Shown here: one piece after another, positions 26,027 to 32,000 of the stretch
Layout of the letters: every line of letters begins with the position of its first letter
How positions within the stretch are numbered: the stretch's first letter is position 1
Source of the DNA: Pirellula staleyi DSM 6068
Lineage (GTDB): Bacteria; Planctomycetota; Planctomycetia; Pirellulales; Pirellulaceae
Direction of reading: 5' to 3'
Assembly: GCA_000025185.1 (NCBI GenBank)
Contig: CP001848.1
Span: 4,980,001 to 5,012,000 of the forward strand
DNA: 32,000 nt
Translations under genes and position numbers: made by a program
Notes under the pieces: generated by a model
Told to the model about the DNA's origin: nothing
The model's input: only the letters and a program-made list of their open reading frames with translations
Databases searched by the model: none

Positions 26027-27010
26027 ATGAGTATCGACTGGAAACGTTTTACCGAACTGATTCACGCACACCAGCGATTTGTGCTCACGAGCCACATTCG
26101 CCCCGACTGCGACGCGCTCGGTAGCGAACTGGGGATGGCGGCCATCCTGCGCTCGCTCGGCAAAGATGTCAAAATTGCCAATGGCCACGCCACGCCACCC
26201 AACCTGGCGTTCATCGATCCGCGCAGCGAGATTCGGGTGATTGGCCAAACCATCACCGCCGAAGAGTTAGCCGATCGCGATCTGCTAATGATTCTCGACA
26301 CCAGTGCCTGGGCCCAGCTCGGCGCCATGAGCGAGGTTGTGAAGACAACCAGCGCGAAAAAAATCGTCCTCGATCATCACGTCAGCGAGGATGATCTCGG
26401 AGCTGAAAATTTTAAGAACACCACGGCAGAGGCAGCTGGCCGATTGGTTGTCGAAGCAGCCGATGCTCTGGGGGTCCCGCTCACCGCAGAGATTGCCTTC
26501 CCTCTGTTCGCCGCCATTGCCACCGACACCGGCTGGTTTCGGTTTGGCTCTGCTTCAGCTGGCACTTACCGTATGGCAGCTCGCCTGATCGAAGCCGGCA
26601 TCAAGCCCTCCGCAATCTACAACGCTCTCTACGAACAGGACACGATTGGCCGCGTGAAACTGCGTGGCGAGATCCTCGCGCGCGTCGAAGCACTCCTAGA
26701 TGGGCGACTCGTGCACACTTATGTCCTGAAAGAAGACTTCACAAAGACTGGCGCCAATGCTGCCGACACGGAAGATGTCATCAACATGGCGCTCGGCATT
26801 GCCGGGACGCAGTTTGCCGTGATCTTCGTCGAGCAAGCCACGGGGGGCTTCAAACTGAGCTTCCGGAGTCGCTGCGCAGTCGATTGCAGCAAGATGGCCG
26901 AAAAGTTTGGGGGCGGTGGTCACAAAGCGGCTGCGGGCGCTTTTGTCGCCGGAGAACTTGCCGAGGTGCAGAAGCAAGTTCTTGACGCCGTTCTCGCTGC
27001 AATGCAATAA
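26027..27010 (+). CDS. nrnA: DHH/DHHA1-family phosphoesterase (NrnA-like oligoribonuclease / pAp phosphatase)
   Basis: 327 aa. It carries the DHH motifs SHIRPDCDALGS, ILDTS and LDHHVS. The DHHA1 motif is GGGGHKAAAGA. Confidence 0.8.
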   Translation: MSIDWKRFTELIHAHQRFVLTSHIRPDCDALGSELGMAAILRSLGKDVKIANGHATPPNLAFIDPRSEIRVIGQTITAEELADRDLLMILDTSAWAQLGAMSEVVKTTSAKKIVLDHHVSEDDLGAENFKNTTAEAAGRLVVEAADALGVPLTAEIAFPLFAAIATDTGWFRFGSASAGTYRMAARLIEAGIKPSAIYNALYEQDTIGRVKLRGEILARVEALLDGRLVHTYVLKEDFTKTGANAADTEDVINMALGIAGTQFAVIFVEQATGGFKLSFRSRCAVDCSKMAEKFGGGGHKAAAGAFVAGELAEVQKQVLDAVLAAMQ

Positions 27011-27366
27011 TCCGGCCCGCAGCGGGGTGGCCCCACAGCCACGGTATCTCTGCTCCTGCAGATGCCGCACGCTCGTTGGTTGACTATATTACGAAGTAGA
27101 GCATGACGATGTTGCGACAATCTCGCAGCATCACCTCTGTCTTTACGCAGTAAGAGTCATCCCTACCAGCACCTCCCCAGCGACCGACCCACCCCAAGGA
27201 ATTCTTCCTGTTCCATCGATCGAGCCTCTTACCAACTTTTGTGTAGCGATAGCGGCTGTCACAACCATCTCGGTTAGAGGCACACGCTAGAGCTGCGAAG
27301 CGAAAGGCTTGCGATCGATTTTTGCCTACCAAAGTCCGGCTCATCCCACAGCGGAGTTAACGAGCG

Positions 27367-27984
27367 ATGGCCAAAAGTCTCAATCCTCATGCGTCGGGCA
27401 AACCCAAAGCCGACGAGCCTACTGCGCAGGGACATGGTGGCGAGCCACCCCGTCGCAATCTTCTGGTGGCCACACTCGCCGCTGCGATTGGTGGTTTCGT
27501 CGGTCTCTTTCCTGTGGGTGCTGGCATGGCACTCTTCCTCAATCCTCTGCTGAAGAAAAAAGCGGCTGCCGGGGAAGGGGACGACAAACTGAAACGTGTC
27601 GCCACCATCGAATCGCTTCCAGCCGATGGCACCCCGATTCAAGTGCCGGTGATAGCCGACAAAATCGATGCCTGGACCGGCGAGCCCAATCAACCTGTCG
27701 GCGCGGTTTTTCTGCGACGAACGAGCGACAACAAAGTGGAATGCCTGAACGCCATTTGCCCTCACGCAGGGTGCATGGTGTCGTACTCCGCCGATCGCAA
27801 ACTGTTCCAGTGTCCTTGCCACACAAGCTCGTTTGAGCTCGATGGCAAACGCATTTTGCCATCCCCAAGTCCGCGCGACATGGATGGTCTTGTGGTCGAT
27901 GAAACCAAACTCGCGAGCGGTGAAGTTTGGATCGACTTTGTGAACTACTACCCCGGCAAAGAGCATCAAGAGCCCAAAGCATGA
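27367..27984 (+). CDS. Rieske [2Fe-2S] subunit of a cytochrome bc-type quinol oxidoreductase
   Basis: 205 aa. The cluster motifs are CPHAGC (CxH) and CPCHTS (CxxH). The N-terminal RRNLLVATLAAAIGG looks like a twin-arginine signal/anchor. Its stop overlaps the next start (ATGA at 27981-27984). Confidence 0.88.
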   Translation: MAKSLNPHASGKPKADEPTAQGHGGEPPRRNLLVATLAAAIGGFVGLFPVGAGMALFLNPLLKKKAAAGEGDDKLKRVATIESLPADGTPIQVPVIADKIDAWTGEPNQPVGAVFLRRTSDNKVECLNAICPHAGCMVSYSADRKLFQCPCHTSSFELDGKRILPSPSPRDMDGLVVDETKLASGEVWIDFVNYYPGKEHQEPKA

Positions 27985-30900
27985 TTGGTTTTCTTACCGA
28001 GTGGGTTGAGCAGCGTACTGGTGTGAAGAAGCTGCTGCACGAAGCGCTCTACGAAAATATCCCGAGCGGTGCGCGCTGGCGCTATATCACCGGCAGCATG
28101 CTGGTCTTTGCGTTCAGCGTGCAAGCGATCACCGGCATTTTCCTCTGGATGGCCTACAGCCCGAGTAGCCAAACGGCCTACGAGAGCGTGTACTACATAC
28201 AGCACGAAATGACCGGCGGTTGGCTCGTACGCGGCATCCATCATTTCATGGCGCAGGCGATGGTGGTGGTGCTGGCCTTGCACCTGCTGCAAGTGATTGT
28301 CGACGGAGCCTATCGCGCGCCGCGCGAAGTGAACTACTGGCTCGGACTCGTGCTGATGCAATTGGTGATGGGACTCGGTCTCACCGGCTACTTGCTCCCC
28401 TGGGATCAAAAGGGGTACTGGGCCACGAACGTCGCCACGAACTTAATGACGCTCGTTCCCTTTGCTGGCAAGGAAATTCAGCAAATCGCGCTCGGCGGCA
28501 GCGAGTATGGGCACCATACACTCACTCGCTTTTTTGCGATGCACACCGGCGTGTTGCCCGCAGCCCTGATCGGCTTTCTCGGACTGCATATTGCCGTGTT
28601 CCGCAAACATGGCATTACGGCAAAAATCACTCCCGGCCGTCCCGATCAATACTTCTGGCCGCATCAAGTCCTGATGGATGCCATCGGTTGCCTCGCGCTT
28701 CTCGGAATCGTGCTGCTGTGCGTGATTCACTTCGATGTGCAGGGACTCATTGCCGGCGATCTGCCGCGCGAACATCGTGGCGCGGAACTTGGTGCACCTG
28801 CTGATCCTGGCGAACAGTTCGCAGCTGCTCGTCCTGAATGGTACTACCTGTTCCTCTTTCAGCTTCTCAAGTATTTCCACGGCACCCAGGAAATCATCGG
28901 CGCGATCTACATCCCCGGCGCGGTGATGACCATCCTGGCGCTCGCGCCGATCATCGGTCGCTCGTCGCTCGGACATCGCTTCAACATCGTCTTCATTTTG
29001 CTCCTCTTGGTAGGGGCTGGTGGCCTGACGATTGTGGCGCTGCGCGAAGATGCTGCGAACCCTGATTTCCAGATCGCCAAAAAGCTAGCCCATCGCGATG
29101 CCGAGCGGACTTATGAACTGATCAACCGCCGCGAAGTGCTCCCCGATGGCAAGCTCAGCGAAGCTCGCTTGATTCCGAAAGAAGGGGCCGTTTATCTCCT
29201 CCGGAACGATCCCCTCACACGTGGCCCGCGGCTGTTTGCTCAGCACTGCGCCAGCTGTCACGACTACCGCAAACCCGACGGCACTGTTCCTGCAGCAACG
29301 GCCTTCACGCCGCCAAACGATGCAGCGACACTTGTCAGTCTTTTGGCCGATGAACCTGCTCCGACCCAAGAGAAACCAGCGGACGAGAAATCGTCGAGTA
29401 AGCCTTCGGCAAGTGAAGCGGCTCCAGACGACCATGCCCACGCGCACAACGATCATGCTGAACTCGAACCGACCAGCTTTAACCTGCTGCAGTCGCCCCA
29501 AGTGACGCCAGACGGAAAAGTTGTCCGCGATGCTGAAGGGAAGGTTGTTTACGCCCAGGGAGCCTTCGGTGGACCGAACCTGTATGGCTTCGGCTCGCGT
29601 GATTGGGTTCGAGGAATCCTTGATCCCCAAAAGATCACTGCGATTAGCTATGGCGAGCCGAAACCGGCCAAAGACCCGAAGGTTGCTGCCGACAGCGACA
29701 ATCCTGAAAACCATAAGCGGCCGGTCTACGCCGACTACTTTGGCAACACCAATCACGTCGAAGGTCGGATGGTGAAGTGGGTGCAGTCGCATGCGAAAGA
29801 GCTTGCCGACGATCCCGCCAAAACCGACGACGATCTCGATGCTATTGTCGCCGCACTCTCGGCGCAGGCGGGACTCCGCGCTCAGCAGGAACTCGAAACG
29901 AGTGATGCCCAGCAGCAGTTGATCGGCCGTGGTGTCACGCTGATCGAAAAGCATTGCACCAACGAATGTCACCGTTTTGGCGACAGCGGACAGCTCGGAC
30001 TTGCCCCCGATCTGACAGGCTGGGGCTCGTACGAATGGATGATGGGGCTCATTAGCGATCCGACTGACGAGCGGTTCTATCGTCGCGAAAACGATCGGAT
30101 GCCCTCGTTTGCCAAGGACCTCGAACATCCAGCCACGCACAATGTGAGCCTGCGTGAACTCTCGCTCATCGTTGACTGGATTCGTGGCGACTATTACCAA
30201 GCCAGCGACGAGAAGCCTGTCCTTCCTCACTCGGAGGATCGAGCTCGCGAGTTGACGCTGCTTGCTCGCGCAACCCCTGTCAGTTCTGCCAGCGTGATTG
30301 GCGCCCAGCCGCGCACGCTGACACAAAAGGCTGAGCAGATTTTTGCGACCAACTGCGCTTCGTGCCACAGTCACACCGATGCGACAGGAGTCGGCATAGC
30401 TGCCAAAAAACCATCGGCCCCGAATCTGTACGGCATTGCCTCGCGCAGGTGGCTCGCAGGTATTCTCGATCCGAAGCAGGTCGATGGTCCGAAATATTTT
30501 GGCAATACAATGCACTTCGAAGATGACATGGTTGGCTTTGTGAAAGACAACTTGTCGAACCTCGATGATGCGAAGAAAAAAGATCTCGAGGCGCTGATCG
30601 CTGCCCTGTCGGCCGAGGCCAAGCTGCCGGCTCAAGCAGAAGCTGATGCCGCTGCCGCAAGCGACGGCACAATCGAGAAGGGCAAGACAGTCCTCACAAC
30701 GTCGTGGGCCAGTTCGTCGTGCGTCGATTGCCATAAGTTTGGCGACGATGGCGACCTCGGCAGTGCCCCCGATCTCACCGGCTATGGCAGCCTCGAGTGG
30801 CTCGAGCAGATGATTGCTAATCCGGAGCACGAGCGGCTGTATGTCGACAACAACGATCGAATGCCCAAGTTCGGCGTGGGTGGACCAGGAGCGAAGCAAT

Positions 30901-30989
30901 CGATTCTGGCCGACGAAGAGATCACGCTTCTGGCGCGCTGGCTACGAGGCGAAAAACTCGACGAACCCGCGACAGCAGCGAGCAAATAG
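27981..30989 (+). CDS. Cytochrome b (N- and C-terminal halves, PEWY motif) fused to a C-terminal four-haem c-type cytochrome domain
   Basis: The track ORF starts at 27927, and ATG 27981 gives MIGFLTEWVEQRTG.... Cytochrome b histidines lie in GIHHFMAQ..LALHLL and FFAMHTG..LHIAVF. PEWYYLF marks the Qo site. The haem c motifs are CASCH (29247-29261), CTNECH (29955-29972), CASCH (30354-30368) and CVDCH (30720-30734). Confidence 0.88.
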   Translation: MIGFLTEWVEQRTGVKKLLHEALYENIPSGARWRYITGSMLVFAFSVQAITGIFLWMAYSPSSQTAYESVYYIQHEMTGGWLVRGIHHFMAQAMVVVLALHLLQVIVDGAYRAPREVNYWLGLVLMQLVMGLGLTGYLLPWDQKGYWATNVATNLMTLVPFAGKEIQQIALGGSEYGHHTLTRFFAMHTGVLPAALIGFLGLHIAVFRKHGITAKITPGRPDQYFWPHQVLMDAIGCLALLGIVLLCVIHFDVQGLIAGDLPREHRGAELGAPADPGEQFAAARPEWYYLFLFQLLKYFHGTQEIIGAIYIPGAVMTILALAPIIGRSSLGHRFNIVFILLLLVGAGGLTIVALREDAANPDFQIAKKLAHRDAERTYELINRREVLPDGKLSEARLIPKEGAVYLLRNDPLTRGPRLFAQHCASCHDYRKPDGTVPAATAFTPPNDAATLVSLLADEPAPTQEKPADEKSSSKPSASEAAPDDHAHAHNDHAELEPTSFNLLQSPQVTPDGKVVRDAEGKVVYAQGAFGGPNLYGFGSRDWVRGILDPQKITAISYGEPKPAKDPKVAADSDNPENHKRPVYADYFGNTNHVEGRMVKWVQSHAKELADDPAKTDDDLDAIVAALSAQAGLRAQQELETSDAQQQLIGRGVTLIEKHCTNECHRFGDSGQLGLAPDLTGWGSYEWMMGLISDPTDERFYRRENDRMPSFAKDLEHPATHNVSLRELSLIVDWIRGDYYQASDEKPVLPHSEDRARELTLLARATPVSSASVIGAQPRTLTQKAEQIFATNCASCHSHTDATGVGIAAKKPSAPNLYGIASRRWLAGILDPKQVDGPKYFGNTMHFEDDMVGFVKDNLSNLDDAKKKDLEALIAALSAEAKLPAQAEADAAAASDGTIEKGKTVLTTSWASSSCVDCHKFGDDGDLGSAPDLTGYGSLEWLEQMIANPEHERLYVDNNDRMPKFGVGGPGAKQSILADEEITLLARWLRGEKLDEPATAASK

Positions 30990-31026
30990 CTCGCGTGAAC
31001 ACTGATTCTTGGATTTGACAATTCTC

Positions 31027-31070
31027 AGGCTCTTGCCGCTGGCCTTTTTCGCCTCGGCAAGAGCCTTTTT
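31027..31070 (+). terminator. Rho-independent terminator after the cytochrome bc operon
   Basis: A 12-bp perfect stem pairs aggctcttgccg (31027-31038) with cggcaagagcct (31055-31066). The loop is 16 nt. A T-run ends at 31070, and the structure starts 38 nt after the stop codon. Confidence 0.65.
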
Positions 31071-31287
31071 CATGCGCACCGTCTGCTTGCATCCTGCCAT
31101 GCTAGCGACCCGTAGCGAATCGAGACGTACGACCGGCAGAATCAGTACAGATTGCCGCGCTCGAGCGCCGATGGAAGGATTATGCGAGGTCATGGTTCGC
31201 TGCATGCTAGCGGCACGAGCCGCTAGCGTTAAAGCGGCAATCGATCTTGCACCACTTTTCCTTTCGCCTTTCGCGAGGCTGTGCGGC

Positions 31288-32000
31288 ATGACTTCTCCAG
31301 TGCGATCGCAGGTTCGACCTGCCGTGTCCCCGATGGGGCACGACATCGCCGAGTCGCGCGCCGACACAGCGAATGAATCGCCATCGCGAACATCGCACCA
31401 GATGCCCGAGCCGCTGTCGTTTGAGGCAGCGCTCGATCGGCTGGTCTCCCTGACCGAGCAATACGATCTCGCCGAACTCGATACCAAAATCGAAGCGGAT
31501 CTGCGCGATGCCGAGCGGATGCTGGCGCGGCTCGGTGGAGCCTCGACTTCACTGCTGCAAACTCCCTCGAACCGAGCTACTCGTGAAACGGCCCAGCATG
31601 GCGCGGTAAACAAAGCAGGCGACTGGCAGGCTGCTCATCATGAGCTCGCGGATGAATCAGCAGAGAGAAGCTCGAACTTTGGTGCCACATTGGCGATTGG
31701 CCTCGGACTGATGCTGTTTGTTTGTGGCGGGGCACTGCTCGCCATCAGCATGATTCAGAAGCGGAACGAACTTTGGTCGATCGGACTGCCGCTGGTGGTG
31801 TTGGGTCAGGCCGGATTGATCGCCGGTCTGCTGCTGCAACTCGACTGGCTGCGTCATAGCTCTAAGAAGACGCATGCCGCTTTGGAAGCGATGGACTCGC
31901 ATCTGAAGCGTCTCGAGGAAACGACCGGCCGCATCACGACGACACATAGCGGCCCGGCGCAAAACTTCTATTCGCACTACGCCCAAGGCGCGAGCCCTCA
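31288..32000 (+). CDS. Hypothetical membrane protein (two TM helices). Partial: it runs off the right edge.
   Basis: Not in the ORF track. The + frame is open from 31006 to the window end by hand translation. ATG 31288 is preceded by GAGG 9 nt upstream and marks the onset of coding-like codon usage. The TM segments are FGATLAIGLGLMLFVCGGALLAISMI and LWSIGLPLVVLGQAGLIAGLLLQL. Earlier in-frame ATGs (31072-31204) give Cys/Arg-rich, non-protein-like sequence. Confidence 0.6.
   Translation, partial: MTSPVRSQVRPAVSPMGHDIAESRADTANESPSRTSHQMPEPLSFEAALDRLVSLTEQYDLAELDTKIEADLRDAERMLARLGGASTSLLQTPSNRATRETAQHGAVNKAGDWQAAHHELADESAERSSNFGATLAIGLGLMLFVCGGALLAISMIQKRNELWSIGLPLVVLGQAGLIAGLLLQLDWLRHSSKKTHAALEAMDSHLKRLEETTGRITTTHSGPAQNFYSHYAQGASP

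Noticed and set aside
29085-30899. 604-aa minus-strand ORF
   Set aside because: It is antisense to the haem-motif-bearing cytochrome c domain. It has no motifs and an Arg-rich composition, so it is a shadow ORF.
30942-31613. 223-aa minus-strand ORF
   Set aside because: It is Ser/Arg-rich and antisense to a plus-strand frame that stays open to the window edge, has coding-like codon usage and encodes two clean TM helices.
1-32000. Scan for tRNA/rRNA genes, CRISPR arrays, IS elements and integrases
   Set aside because: I noticed no T-loop or anticodon-arm patterns, no regularly spaced direct repeats, and no transposase or integrase motifs. This absence rests on visual inspection only and should be confirmed with tRNAscan-SE, Infernal, CRISPR detection tools and ISfinder.

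Overview
This 32-kb window of moderately high G+C DNA (about 55-60% by hand counts on sampled lines) is densely coding. I recognised no rRNA, tRNA, CRISPR array or transposase. The gene content (mcsA-mcsB, a Rieske protein with a cytochrome b/multihaem c fusion, many membrane glycan genes) is reminiscent of Planctomycetota. That taxonomic guess is inference and cannot be established without a database search.

Layout, left to right:
- (i) A roughly 740-codon minus-strand ORF runs off the left edge and is therefore missing from the supplied ORF track. It encodes two SAM-methyltransferase domains. A small membrane protein and a low-GC FkbM-type methyltransferase follow it.
- (ii) trpE.
- (iii) A divergent mcsA-mcsB protein-arginine kinase pair with a near-consensus promoter, followed by a hypothetical protein and a GNAT acetyltransferase.
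- (iv) A 1.2-kb ORF-poor, partly AT-rich spacer rich in hairpins.
- (v) An orphan FixJ/LuxR response regulator.
- (vi) A self-contained 8-gene, roughly 10.4-kb minus-strand polysaccharide locus: PCP/GumC, CE4 deacetylase, Wzx flippase, Wzy/O-antigen-ligase-like protein, GT2, two tandem CelD/FemAB-like acyltransferases, and a membrane GT2 with a QRTRW motif.
- (vii) argG with a strong terminator.
- (viii) A run of cofactor and nucleotide housekeeping genes: larB, NAD(P)HX dehydratase, ribF and an nrnA-like DHH phosphoesterase.
- (ix) A Rieske gene translationally coupled to a cytochrome b fused to an internally duplicated tetrahaem c domain, followed by a terminator.
- (x) A membrane-protein ORF running off the right edge, also absent from the track.

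The most unusual items are the hybrid glycan locus with its tandem FemAB-like genes, the duplicated dihaem module carrying one CX3CH site, and the gene-free AT-rich spacer. I see no clear evidence of a wholly new system, and all family assignments are motif recognition by eye that needs HMM or BLAST confirmation.
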